Source: Torpedo marmorata | Lineage: Eukaryota | Reading direction: 5' to 3' | Assembly (NCBI GenBank): GCA_977017645.1 | Contig: CDRNVU010000116.1 | Coordinates: 868,001 to 932,000, forward strand | Length of the DNA stretch: 64,000 nucleotides | In this document: positions 1 through 12,076 of the stretch, piece by piece | Layout of the letters: the number at the start of each line of letters is the position of its first letter | Position numbering within the stretch: position 1 is the first letter of the stretch | Position numbers and translations under genes: made by a program | The notes under the pieces: generated by a model | Told to the model about the DNA's origin: nothing | What the model saw: only the letters and a program-made list of their open reading frames with translations | Databases searched by the model: none

Positions 1-404
1 TGTGGGCTGCTGGAGACTGCTGTTGGGGGACTCACGCCAGGCTGCGGACTGCTGGAGGTTGGCTCGAACTGGCTGGAGGAGTACCAGGTATCGGAACCGG
101 GATGTGAGGGGGTGCCGAGGGCGACCTGACCGTGTTGGAGGTTCGGATCTGGAGCTCGGGATGCCGATCGTTTGGACTGGACTCTGTGTGGCTGCGGAAG
201 CGCTGGAGGCGAATCTATGGACACTCGGTGACTCTGGGGGGACTCTCTTTTGCTTCTTTTTCTCTGACTGTAAGGAATGTTAAAGGCGCTTAGGCAATTT
301 CTGCCGATGGCGAATCTGTCTGCCTTGCAGCAGGCAAAAAGAAATTTCGTGGTATATGACACTGTCTTATTGCTATGACAATAAATTGAATCTTGAATCT
401 TGAA
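1..404 (+). mobile_element. Unclassified retroposon, 3' part (non-coding, SINE-like or LINE 3' UTR)
   Basis: Clear inverted homolog at 11741-12076; ends ATGACAATAAA followed by (TTGAATC)n tandem tail. Confidence 0.7.
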
Positions 405-590
405 TGGCTCCCATATCTTTAAAAATTGAAACTTTCTATCTTTAATATTATATCTAATTTTCCCCAAACTCAGATAGGACATTACATCCTGTAACCACTG
501 TTTGTGTCGGTGGTGAATCATCTTTCCATTTCAATAAAATTGCTCGTCGGGCTATCAACGTGGAAAAAGCTGAAACTTTCTCCTGAGATG
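405..590 (-). mobile_element. L1-clade LINE ORF2 C-terminal fragment
   Basis: Minus strand reads IARRAILLKWKDDSPPTQTQWLQDVMSYLSLGKIRY...KIWEP, similar to the ORF at 34492-35007. Confidence 0.8.
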
Positions 591-1228
591 CAGAGTTTTA
601 CTTTCTGCCTTATTCTGAGTTGCATGATAAGCTTGGTGAATAACTAGTTTTCTGACGATAGACTTGGAAGCATCCTGTGGCTGGAACCTGCATTTTGCCA
701 AACCAGAAACTAAAGGCTACCACTGGAAGTCTAGAATATGTGGTTCATCACATATGTATTGCGTTGATTTTTTTTCTTCCCTTTTTCATGTTTTATCTTT
801 TTTTAAAACTCCAATGCTGAAGCCTTGATTTTCTACTAGTCCTATTGGATTGAAACCTGCATTTTCATGCGATTTGAGTTTATGTTTAAATTTATTTCTC
901 ATGTTAGCAGAGCTGATAGGCAGTAGAGTACAAGGTCATTGTAAAAAATGAGGTTCAGGAGGAAATTTGCTGATTATACAAAGACAGGTGGGTTATCAAG
1001 ATGGGAGGAGGGCAGGTTAAATAAGTAAGCAAGAAATTAGCAGGTGGAAATAAGAATGTAAAAAACAAAAATATTATTTAAAGGAATTGGGAATTTTTTT
1101 TTTTAACATGAATATGTGGAGTTCCTAGTGCATGAACCTCAAAGGATCGGCGTTCAGGAAATATTAGGAACATTAGTTTTATTGTGTGGGGAATGGAGGA
1201 CAAAGATAAGTCAAGATTCCATTTATTG

Positions 1229-1470
1229 CTAAATAGAATTAGTTTGCTTTCTCCTCACTTTAATTCTTTATTATTCAACTCTTTTCTTTTTATTTTTATT
1301 TTTTTTCTTTGTTACTAATTTTTTTTTTCTTTAGAGTAGTGGTGGGAGGGCTGGGGAGGGGAGGGTGGGAGGGAGGGAGGAAATATATCACATGTATTTG
1401 GAATGATATTATTTTTGATCTACCGGTATGTATTTTGTGATTTTAAAATTTAAATAAAATATTTAAAAAA
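1229..1470 (+). mobile_element. 5'-truncated L1 3' UTR with TSD
   Basis: G-rich tract, ATCACATGTATTT, AATAAA and poly(A), as in the other L1 copies; TSD AGATTCCATTTATTG at 1214-1228 and 1471-1485. Confidence 0.85.
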
Positions 1471-1485
1471 AGATTCCATTTATTG

Positions 1486-2846
1486 TGTTACGAACTAACA
1501 AACCTTGCTAGTACTAACAAAGGAACAGCAATGGAAAAATTCACCAGACAATGGTAAATTAAAAATAATAGTTTTTATTAAACTATTAATAACAACATTT
1601 CTTACTTATCTCTAAACTTAACTCTAACTTAAATCCTGCTATGTGCAAATGTAAATGTGTGTGTGTTAAAGTCCAAACTATTTCAGTTTAAACTTGATTC
1701 TGAAAAGTCAATTTTAAAGTCCAGTTTCAAACTTCTTGTTGAACTTCAGGATCCCTTTAAATTGTGATTCAGAAGTAATGATAAAGCAAGAGTGAAGCAC
1801 CCGATTTCTTTCTAACTCACACGTCTTTCAGATAGATATTATTTTTCATGAGATTTTTTCCACAAACTCCCTCTTATCTTGCCTAAGAGTCTGTTTTCCA
1901 CGATGATTTTTTTCTTAATCGAAAGTAACATGAGAGGCTGCCCTCTTTTCTTAGAGGCAGTCGGAAATGGTCTTACTTATTTTAAAAGCCACTTATTTTA
2001 AATTTTAAATTTAGACTTACAGCACTGTAACAGGCCATTTCGGCCCTACGAGTGCGTGCCGCCCAATTTACACCCCATTAACCTACACCCTCGGTACATT
2101 GAAGGGTGGGAGGAAACCGGAACCCCCGGAGAAAACCTACACAGACACGGGGAGAACGTACAAAGTCCTTACAGACAGCGCGAGACTCGAACCCAGGTCC
2201 GGTCCCGATCGCTGTTATGTATCTCCTATAAGGATGATACCAGACAGAACTGCATCTCTATCTATTTTAAGAGATCACTGTTCAAAGTCCTGTCTTTCCA
2301 GGAAGTCAAATTTTCTTAAACTGATTCCTTTGTCTCTGATTTTGATAATATATTTCTTGCACATCTCTCATGTTGCATGGTATGTGACATCATTTCTGTC
2401 TTTGAAGTTCATAATGTCCTCTTCACACTTATGTGCTAAAAGCATCTCTTCCCACTTATGCCTTCCTGCGTTTGACCAAGTATTTTCATGAGTGTTTGAA
2501 GTTCCAACTTCTCCAAACGTTAATGAGAAGATGCCTCCATGATGTCTGCCCACATGGGAGCAAAATGGCAGTTCGTTTAGACAGGTGCTTCTGAGTCAAC
2601 ACCTATTGTTTTCAGTATCTCAAGAACCATCATAAAGCCTTTCATCTCTTGGCTTCAATTGCAAATCAACAGACATTCTGTCCCTGCAAATGGCCACCTG
2701 CCATCTCAAAGAACCATGTGTGTTTAAAATGCAAATGTGTTGTCTTTGTGCCCCTGAAACAACCCAAAACTAACTTACTAAGCCAAATCTAGATGAAATA
2801 TAGTTTTAACATTAAACTAAAGATTAATCATGGCATATTTGTTACA
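1486..2846 (-). mobile_element. Probable solo LTR (Gypsy-like) containing a SINE
   Basis: TGTTAC...GTTACA ends; layout (TTTATT near edge, TG repeat) resembles the LTRs at 40267 and 45224; flanks ATTG/ATTT are only an imperfect TSD. Confidence 0.5.
1995..2216 (-). mobile_element. tRNA-derived V-SINE (HE1-like), 5'-truncated
   Basis: V-domain TTCTCCCCGTG...CCGGTTTCCTCCCA on minus strand, B-box remnant, CR1-like tail. Confidence 0.85.
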
Positions 2847-2849
2847 ATT

Positions 2850-3100
2850 TCCCTCTAAAGATGTGCTACGGTACAAGCACTGCTATCAGGCAGGAAGGAA
2901 AGGAGAGTCACTTCAGAGGCATTGAGTGTTTATGGATCCCTCTACCCCCTCCAATGTAGGGTCCTTTCCCAGACTTCCTCTCGGGGGTGCCCTACTCCAG
3001 GCCACTGCTCCTCTCTAGCCCGCAACCCCATGAGGTCTGAGCTGCCGAATGTGCGTTCTGCCATCTTGGGTGCCAGACTTCATGAATATGCTATATTACA
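2850..3100 (-). mobile_element. Diverged copy of the unclassified retroposon (tail at 1209-1228)
   Basis: GAGAGTCACTTCAGAGGCATTGAGTGTTTATGGAT resembles GAGAGTCCCCTCAGAGTCACCGAGTGTCTGTGGAT (11865-11900); tail CAATAAATGGAATCTTGA on minus strand at 1211-1228. Confidence 0.45.
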
Positions 3101-3340
3101 AAGCCACCGGCCCTGTTCAGCAAGCAATATAAATCTGCATGGGGTTGTCAGGTTGGTCGTCCAGGCAGTCAGACCCCGCAGAGAAACATTGGAAGTTCAC
3201 GTCTCTGCTTTCCCACTCCTCTGGGTCTGTACCAGTGGCATGGCTGCTATTACGTCAACTTCAGCAGTGCTGCCATCTAGGGGACTTTAGAAGAAACATT
3301 GCAGGATGTTGGTAACATTGCACTGGAGTACTGTACAGTA

Positions 3341-4040
3341 CAGGTATCCCCGCTTTTCGAAAGTTTTCTTTACGCCACTTCGCTTTTACAGAAGACCTGC
3401 ATTAGTACCTGATTTCGCTAACTGTAAGAAATCCGAAGAGGATTTTCGCTTTTACGAAAAAAGGTGAAAAGCGAAAATAGCGTTCAGCGTTTGTTTTGCA
3501 GCGAGCAGTTATAGAGGCAGCGCGCACCCCGAGCAGTGAGAGTGGCGCCGTCAAGCTCCTTTCCCGGGAACTACACTCAGCATCTCAGCATCAAGCCGCC
3601 ATAGCTTTGAACTGTGTCTGTGAGCATCTGTGCTTTATCTCAATTTATTTTGTGCATCCGTTAGCAAGATGTGTCCTAAGGTATCAGAAAAGCCTAAGAG
3701 AGCTCGTAAGGGTGTTAAGCTTTGCGTAAAACTGGACTAATTAAGCGTTTCGATCGTGGTGAATGAAATAAAGACATTTTGCGTGCGTTGAACTTACCTG
3801 CATCCACCATTCGTACTATTTACACGCAGAGAGAAAGATTAGGTTTTATACATTAAATAATTTAATACATTAGGTTTTATGTGTTATTTGGTATGATTTG
3901 GTAGGTTATTTTTTGGGTCTGGGAGCGCTCAAAAATTTTTCCCATATAAATTAATGGTAATTGCTTCTTCGCTTTACGCCATTTTGGCTTACGTAAGGTT
4001 CCATAGGAGCGCTCTACTTTCGGGTAGCGGGCGAAACCTG
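3341..4040 (+). mobile_element. Tigger (pogo superfamily) internal-deletion derivative
   Basis: TA|CAGGTATCCCCGCTTTTCGAAAGT ... ACTTTCGGGTAGCGGGCGAAACCTG|TA; frameshifted CENP-B/psq-type HTH remnant KPKRARKGVKLCVKLD/LIKRFDRGE*NKDILRALNLPASTIRTI at 3669-3840. Confidence 0.85.
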
Positions 4041-4559
4041 TATATTCTTCTGATGTCCATATTTTAAGAAATACACTTGCATTGGAGATGGTGCTGAAGA
4101 AGTTCATGAAATTAATTCCATGATGAAAGGCTTGAAGTATGAAGAAATATTGAGCAGGTTGGGCTTGTAGTTGTTTTATCTTTTGAGAAATGAGGTATAA
4201 TCTAATGTATCCCCTGATGGGTTTGTCTGGAACTACAAGACATAATTACAAAATAAAGGATTATCTATTTAAGAAGATGAGGAAGCATTAGGCCCTTTTA
4301 CACTGCCCATGAAAGACGGTAATGAATCGCCTTTTTACTGTTTCACTTACCTGTGTGAACATGACCAAAATGGTATGGGGGGTAATTTTCATCCCAGTAC
4401 TTACCCGCCAAGGTATTCACATCGGCTCCAGTATAAACGGCCTAGCCTCCTTCCCGGGTCCAAGACGGTGACGCATTGATGACGTTCAATGCGTGTGACT
4501 TTCCCGCGGTAGTTTCAATCTAGAATCTGCAGCAAGGAGATAGCGACGGTTTGTAGACA

Positions 4560-5583
4560 TCTTAAAATTGAATACATCTCAGAGGGGAAGAGGAGATACA
4601 AAAGCATCTGACAGGGACTGTGAAGGATGGGCCATTGTATGAGAGGATGGCACAGCAATTGAAGGAGCGTGGCCTTCCAAGGGACAAGGCCCAGATAATT
4701 AATAAGCTGAAGTCCCTGAAGCGCAAATTTCATGCGGTCAACGACCACAATTCAAGGAGTGGCAAAGGGTGGTTGGATTGGCCCTATTTTGACCAGTGTT
4801 ACGTAATCTGGGGCCGTAGCCGATCCGCAGACACTGTTGCCCTTGTGAGCACCATGGAGGATACAACCCCTCCTGAGACAGTTCCAGCTGCATCTCCGGC
4901 TTCCTGCAGCAGTACTGCTACTGGGACGTGATCGGCAGTGAAGCAGACGTCACCAAGGCAAATGTTGAATCCGTGCCTCTCAATCAGCCAGGTAAGAACA
5001 GTTTTGCTTGTGAATGCCTTTTTTCTCATGTCTTTCTGTGAGTGCTTGCCCATTAAGAGCCATCTTGCTAATTTCCCTTTTGTTTCATTTGTTCTCAGAA
5101 TGCCAGCCGCAGAAGAAAAGACAGAAAAGGGGGAAAGCGTACGCGGTCACGAGTCAGATAAAGGAGGTGCTGCAGGAGATTGTCCGTGAGGACCAAGATA
5201 TGGCTGTCCTTCGACAGGAGAGGCAGGCGGACTGTGAGGCTCAGATGAGGCGTGACCAGTTGGAGGCGGAGAGGTTTGCATGCGAGAAGAACGATAGGTG
5301 CATGGATGCCTTTGCCAGAATGGTGGACAACATGCAGCAGGAGATGCATGCACGGACTGCCCTTATGCGGGAACTGGTTGGACACATGGCACCTCCTGCA
5401 CCACATAACCCTGCTCCCGCTCCTCTGCACAGCAGTTCCGCAGGACATTACCGAGCTCTTGCAACCCTGCGGCAGTATCATTCAGCGCCACAAAGTCACG
5501 CTGACAGCCTCCACCGCACGGAGGAGGGATACGAGTCATTTAATTCCTCTACTTCCTCCTCCTACCTCCAGCTGTTGGAATGA
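4560..5583 (+). pseudogene. Harbinger Myb/SANT-like (trihelix) DNA-binding protein gene, frameshifted, one intron 4992-5098
   Basis: YERMAQQLKERGLPRDKAQIINKLKSLKRKFHAVNDHNSRSG...WPYFDQCYVIWG; GTAAGA...ttctcAG intron; coiled-coil exon 2. Confidence 0.85.
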
Positions 5584-5789
5584 TTTAACAGTTGCATTAA
5601 AACTTGTTTATTGGTGTTTGTTCAGGTTTACAGTTGTACATAGTTATTCGCAGTTGGATTCACCGTTTTAATTGTCAAATGTTATTTAAATTTTTTATTT
5701 GCACTGCTTTTTCCTTACATGTGCAATAAACCTTTACGAAAATGCGTTACTTGTTTGCGTAATTTGTTTACCGAATTGACATAATTGCT

Positions 5790-7340
5790 TCATGGATAGC
5801 CGTGCTTGTGAACCCTGATAAGCAACTCAATCAGGCTCAGGGAGATCGGGTAGCTCAGTGATCCACTCGGGCATGAGCTGCTCCTTGTTAATTTCACATA
5901 TATTGTGTAGGACACAGGCAACAACAACGCCTGACACTAAAGTGGTACAAAGATCAAGTCGTTTGGCCAGGCACCTCCAGCAACCACCAGTCTTGCCGAG
6001 CTCAAATGGTAGTTGAATCTTTGCTGCCGTTGATCGAGCTTGGTGGTTAGTGAACCCCTTCATTAGCCAATTCCTGAGGGGGTAAGCGGGGTCTGATTAG
6101 ATGCACGGGGATTTCCACTCTGTTAACGGTTTTGGATTTTTGTGGGCAGAGAAATGTAGATGTTTAAGAACCTTATGCAACCTCTGACAGCACAAACAGT
6201 CAGTTCACCAATGCCTTCTCGTGACCGTTGCACAATACAAGGATGTAACATGACCCTCAGACAGCCATTCCTTCAGTTTATAACAATATTAATTTCACTT
6301 TGATTGAGTCCTATATGATTGCATATGCCAAGCAAAACGATTGCTTGCTTGAGTTACACATACGTCACTGTACAATGGGGCATTACACTTACTTCACGTG
6401 GGAAGAGATACCCGCCCTGATCCTCGGCCTTTCTGTAGATGGGCGAGTTGGCTAAAACTCGAGAATCATGCGTGTGACCAGGCCAACCCACATACACATC
6501 TGTGAAGCTGGAACAACAAAAGCACAGTGTGAGGCACATTGATTGTTGAAGACAAATAATTGTAACTCAGGCCGTGATCCTTACCGGCAGTTGTGGTCAA
6601 CAGCTTATAGAACAATGCCACCCTTTCTGATTGTCGTAGGCTGCTGCGTCATCATGGGGGGCAATGATGGGAATGTGTGCGATCGATGGCACCAACATAC
6701 GTTGGGTACCCCCGTTCTGCAAATCCGTCCATTGTCTCCTGAAGACGTGCACCACTCGGTCAACAAAACGTCTAAAAAGGGTCCTCTTCAACGCTCCACT
6801 AACTTGGCGCACCAACACACACACAGTTGCAAAACCTACACCAAAAATACGACTAATGAATGGATGTTCACATGGGGCGGCATACCACCACAGAGCAACG
6901 GCGAGTCTGAGCCGAGGTACCAGAGGCTGTTGCGATTTTGTTATCTTGAGCCTCAATTCCGGCTCGAGGAGTTCCAATACAATGTCAAAAGTGTTCCGAG
7001 ACATTCGAAAGTGACTCCGTCACTCATCTTCATCAAGATTGTCAAGGACACCAGAACTCAGACCTGTCTGGTCTCTCTCTCCACATTCTTCTTTCAGATA
7101 GCAGCGCAAGAAGACTCAAAACAGCCAAACGTCTCTGTCTATGGCTTCTCACGTCCGCGCGTCTTTCTTCCTCATACAGCTCCCTGCTTCTCTTCAAGTT
7201 CTCCTCGAACGTTTTTCTGATCGCACACACGTTCTTCATTCAGATCCGATAGTGTACGCATCAAGTTGGACATGACGCGCAGCAAATTTGCGTGCGTTCG
7301 AAGAGTGCCATAAATGTACATGGCTAGCATACGCATCAAG
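5790..7340 (-). pseudogene. Harbinger (HARBI1-like) DDE transposase, degenerate, introns 6508-6584 and 6140-6392
   Basis: FRMSRNTFDIVLELLEPEL, RLAVALWWYA, VDHNCR|FTDVYVGWPGHTHDSRVLANS, PAYPLRNWLMKGF, ACVLHNICE. Confidence 0.9.
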
Positions 7341-7859
7341 ATCGCCCGCCATATTGTGTATTGAAAGCTGTCACTGCCTGGCACGGACATTACACATCAC
7401 ACAAGATGCTGTTGCTGCAGTCCCGTCTCCTTTTGACCGGGATGCCGGGTTGCTATGTGAAAAGTCGCACTGAACTGGTTTTTCTTGGTTCAGTGTGAAC
7501 GCTCCGATCCGACCCGGCTTTAAACACGGGTTGTTGACACGCCAATTTACTGGGATCTCAGTGTAAAAGGGGCAATTATTTCTCTCAAAGGGTGCTGACT
7601 CTTAGGAATTCATCACCCCAGAGAGCTGTGAATATGCAGACGTTGAATATATTCATGGTCGCGATTGATCGACATTTGAATTCCAAGGGCCAATGGGGAG
7701 AGTGTGGGAAAATGACATTGAAACTAAGCCTCATCTTGTACAATGGCAAAACAGGCTTGAGGGACAGTTAGCCTACTCCTGTTCATAATGTTAAAACCGT
7801 TTTTATGAGGAAGTTTTACATCATTGATTTCATTTTTTTTTCATAAAATCCTTTATTGT

Positions 7860-8737
7860 GGTCATATTGTGGCCAGGCACAATTCCAATGCCATCTACAA
7901 GTTTGCTGATGACACCACAGTTGTCGGCAGAATCACAAACGGCAATGAGGAAGCGTACAGGAGGGAGATAGATCAGCTCGTTGAAAGGAGTAACGACAAC
8001 AACCTTGGCTCAACGTCAGCAAAACCAAAGGAGATGATTGTGGACTTCAGGAGGAAGTCAGGGGAACATGACCCAGTCCTCATCGAGAGCTCAGTAGTGG
8101 AGAGGGTCAAGAACTTTAAATTCCTGGGTGTCAACATCTCCGAGGATCTGTCCTGGAGCATCCACGTTGATGCAATCACAAAGAAGGCTCGTCAGCGGCT
8201 ATACTTTTTGAGGTGTCTGCGGAGATTCGGTATATCACCGAAGACTCTCGTAAACTTCTACAGGTGTACCGTGGAGAGCATTCTGGCTGGTTGCATCACT
8301 GCCTGGTATGGAGGCGCCAACTCTCAGGACAAGAGTAAACTCCAGAGGGTTGTTAACTCGGCCTGTGACATCGCAGGCACCAGACTTCCCTCCATCGAGG
8401 ACATCTACATGAGGCGGAGTCTTAAAAAAGCAGCCTCTATCCTCAAAGACCCCCACCACCCAGGCCATGCCCTCTTCATTCTGCTTCCATCGGGAAAAAG
8501 GTACAGGAGCCTAAAGACGAGCACTCAATGGCACAAGGACAGCTTCTTCCCCGCTGCCATCAGATTCCTGAATAATCAATGAACCAAAGACACTGCCTTA
8601 CTTTTCGTGCACTATTGTTTATAATTTTTTATAGTAATGTCGTAAGATGGTTAATATGAATGTTAATTGCACTATGATGCTGCCGCAAAACACCGAATTT
8701 CATGACTTGTTCATGACAATAAATTCTGATTCTGATT
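7860..8737 (+). mobile_element. Rex1/Babar-like LINE, 5'-truncated (RT C-terminus and 3' UTR)
   Basis: KFADDTTVVGRI...KEMIVDFRR...FKFLGVNISEDLSW...KKARQRLYFLR; tail CATGACAATAAA(TTCTGA)n. Confidence 0.85.
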
Positions 8738-8919
8738 TTAGGATTTTAATCTGAAGGTATCACAGGAAATCACCCAAAATCCAAATATAATTCCAAATGT
8801 TAAGTCTGAATTATTTTTGTCATTCTCAGCTTCTTGTAGCAGGAGGTGCACTCTTGGTTCTTGCAGCTGGCAGATCTATGGAATTTTCCGTTGCTAATCT
8901 GTGAATTTATTTTTTGCAG

Positions 8920-9012
8920 TTCTTAAGTTACTTTCATCAGCAAAAACTACGCCAGGGAGTTGATGAAATGCTGCATCGTCTGTATCAGCCTATTCTGTGG
9001 AGAGGGCTAAAG
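8920..9012 (+). CDS. NCAPG2: NCAPG2 internal coding exon (1 of 9 in window)
   Basis: tttttgcAG|...|GTacta, 93 nt, phase 0/0; FLSYFHQQKLRQGVDEMLHRLYQPILWRGLK resembles recalled human CAP-G2 VLSYFHHQKKVRQGVEEMLYRLYKPILWRGLK. Confidence 0.95.
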
Positions 9013-11740
9013 GTACTATTGTACATTTTTTGGTTATTGTAATTTGCAGTGAACATTTTAACAAATGTGAACCATTTTCTATTTTGAATAATTTCATAAG
9101 ATAATACAAATTTGGTTTAAATGACCAGGAGGTATTAACCATTGTTGTCCATTTTATGTAAGTTATGCAGGCTACATCTTGGCTTTGCAATTTCTTCCAT
9201 GGCTGGATAGGGATATTCTGAAATGAACAGCAATTATATTTATTTATGTCTCCTATTCAGAACAACATGTTAACTGCAGTTGAGATCACATCTAATACAA
9301 ACATATTTAACAGATCGATCATATTTAATAGTTTATCTTCAGCTTTCCAGTGTTACCACTGATTTTGATAACTTGGGTTGAACAAAATAAGTAATGAATA
9401 TAATACATCCTTCTCTTCTCATAAGACGATAAGATATAGGAGCAATAGTATGCCATTTGGACTGTTGAGTCCACTCTGCCATTTTATCATTCTATTCTCC
9501 CAATCAGCCCCACTCCCCTGCCTTCTCCCCATGATCTTTGATACCCTGACTATTCAGATAGCTATCAACCACTGCCTGAAATATACCCAACGACTTGACC
9601 TTCACAGCTGCCCATGGCAACAAATTCCAGAGGTTTACCACTCTGGCTAAAGAAATTCCTCGGCATCTCTGTTTTAAATGGGCGCCCTTCAACCCTGAAG
9701 TTGTGCCCTCTTGTCCTTGACTCCACTACCATGGGAAATGACTTTGCCACATCTACTCTGTCCAGGCTTTTCAGCATTCCAAATGCTTTGATGAGGTCCC
9801 CCCTCTTTCTTCTGGACTCCAAGCAGCACGGTCCAAGAGCCGTCAAATGTTCCTCATATGCTAATCCCTTCATTCCAGGAATTGTTCTTGTAAATCTTCT
9901 CTTAACCGTCTCCAATGCCAGCACATCCTTAAATAAGGAGCCAAAAACTATACCCCGTACTTCAAGTGAGGCTTTACCAGTGCCTTATCAAGCCTCAAAA
10001 TTACATCCCTGCTCTTGTATCCAATTCCTCTAGATATGAATGCCAACATTGCATTCGCCTTCTTCACCACCGACTCAACCTGGAGGTTAACCTTTAGGGT
10101 ATCCTGCACGACGACTCCCAAGTCCCTTTGCACCTCTGAATTGTGAATTTTCTCCACATCCAAATAATAGTCTACCCAATAATAGTCTACCCTTTTATTC
10201 CTTCTACCAAAGTGCATGATCGTGCACTTTCTAATATTGTATTTCATTTGCCACTTCTTTGCCCATTCTCCTAATCTATCAAAGTCTTTCTGCAGCCTCT
10301 GTGTCCTCTTCACTACCTGCCCCTCCACCTATCTTTGTACGATCTGCAAACGTAGCCACAAAGCCATTTATTCCGCAATCCAAATCATTAACATACAACT
10401 TAAAAAGAAGTGGCCCCAACACTGACCCCTGTGGTACGCCATTGGTATCCGGTAGCCAACTAGAATAGGATCCCTTTATTCCCACTCTTGCCGATTGGCC
10501 AATGCTCTACCCATGCTAGTATCTTTCCTGTAATTCCATGAGCTCTCATTTCATGAAGCAGCCTCATGTGCAGCGCCTTGTCACAGGCGTTTTGAAAGTC
10601 CAAATGTACAACAACCACAGCATCTCCTTTGTCTAGTCTGCTCGTGGTTTCCTCCAAAAATTGCACTGGATTGTCAGGCAAGATTTTCCCCTAAGGAAAC
10701 CATGCTGACTTTGGCCTATCTTGTCCTGCACCTCCAGGTACTCCATAACATTATCCTTGACAATTGACTCTTACAACTTCCCAATGACCGATGTTAGGCT
10801 AACAGGCATATAATTTCCTTTCTGCTGCCTCCCTCCCTTTTTAAATAGTGGAGTGACCTTGGAATTTTTCAGTCCTCTGGAACCATGCCAGAATCTATTG
10901 ATTCTTGGAAGATCATTACTAATGCCTCCACAATCTCTGTAGTTACTTATTTCAGAACCCGAGGGTGCATTCCATCTGGTCTGGGAGACTTATCTACCCT
11001 TGGACCTTTCAGGATCATAAGCACTTTCTCTATGGTGGTTGTGACTCCACTTGCCTCTCTTCCCTGACACCCTTAAGTCTGGTATACTGTTAATGCCTTC
11101 CACAGTGAAGAGTGATGCAAAATACTCATTCAGTTCCTCTGACATTTCCTTCTCTCCCATTATAATTTCTCCAGCATAATTTTCTATTGGCCCGATGTCT
11201 ACTCTTGCCTCTTTTTTACTCTCAATATACTTAAAAAATCTTTGTGTCCTTTTTGATATTATTTGCTAGCCTCCTTTCAAAGTTCATCTTTTCTTTCCTA
11301 ATGACCTTCTTAGTTGCCGTCTGTATGCTTCTAAAAGCTTCCCAGTCCTCGATCTTCCCATTGATTTTTGCTTCCATGTCTGCCCTTTCTTTTGCCTTTG
11401 ACTTCTCTTGTCAGCCACAGTTGTCATTTTTCCATTCAAATATTTCTTCTTTTCTTGGAATATACTTGTCCTGTACTTATTTCTTGCGGAAATTCCAGCC
11501 ATGTCTGCTCTGCTGTCCTCCCTGCTCGTGTGCCTTTCCAATGAACTTTTGCCAGTTCCTCTCTCGTACCTCTGTAGTCCCCTTTATTCCACTGGTATGT
11601 TGACACCTCTGATTTTAGTTTCTCCCTCTGCAAAGCAAATTCTATCATATTATGATCACTGCCTTTCTCAGGGTTCCCTTACCTTCAGCTCTCTTATGAA
11701 CTCTGATTCATTACACAATACCCAATCCAGAATTGCCATT

Positions 11741-12076
11741 TCAGGATTCCTTTATTGTCATGTAATAACACGGAATTTACTTTCGTGTGCTGTAAGGCAG
11801 ACAGATTCGCCATCGGCAGAAATTGCCTGAAGCACCTAACGCAGTCAGAGAAAGAGAAGCAAAAGAGAGTCCCCTCAGAGTCACCGAGTGTCTGTGGATT
11901 CACCTTCAGCACTGCCGCGGCCCCCGCAGTCCAGTCCAAACCAACAGCAACCTGAGCTCCAGATCCAAACCTCTGATACGATTAGAAAACCTTCAGGGCC
12001 CTCTGCACCCTCTCGCATCCCGGTTCCAATACCTGGCACCCCTTCAGCCAGTCTCGAGCTAGTCAGCTGCAAGCTG
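11741..12076 (-). mobile_element. Unclassified retroposon copy inserted in CR1
   Basis: Reverse complement aligns with 60-400; tail CATGACAATAAAGGAATCCTGAA. Confidence 0.75.

Larger units (their letters stand above)
4291..7573. mobile_element. Full-length PIF/Harbinger DNA transposon (degenerate)
   Basis: 15-bp TIRs GGCCCTTTTACACTG / CAGTGTAAAAGGGGC (14/15 match), 3-bp TSD (ATT or TTA, register ambiguous), two convergent genes. Confidence 0.92.
900..7790 (+). mobile_element. Old CR1 LINE broken into pieces (~900-1210, ~3280-3338, 4043-4290, 7575-7790) by later insertions
   Basis: Degenerate CR1 3'-region phrases in collinear order (CACTGGAGTACTGT, GCATTGGAG...GAAGAAGTTCA, AATGGC...GGCTTGAGGG...GCCTACTCCTG). 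Confidence 0.55.

Noticed and set aside
100-111. GGATGTGAGGG resembling the 7SK RNA 5' end
   Set aside because: The match ends after 11 nt and is not conserved in the paralog at ~12010
4560-7340. Domesticated HARBI1/NAIF1/MSANTD host genes
   Set aside because: Frameshifts, a mutated acceptor, and flanking TIRs and TSD indicate a decaying transposon
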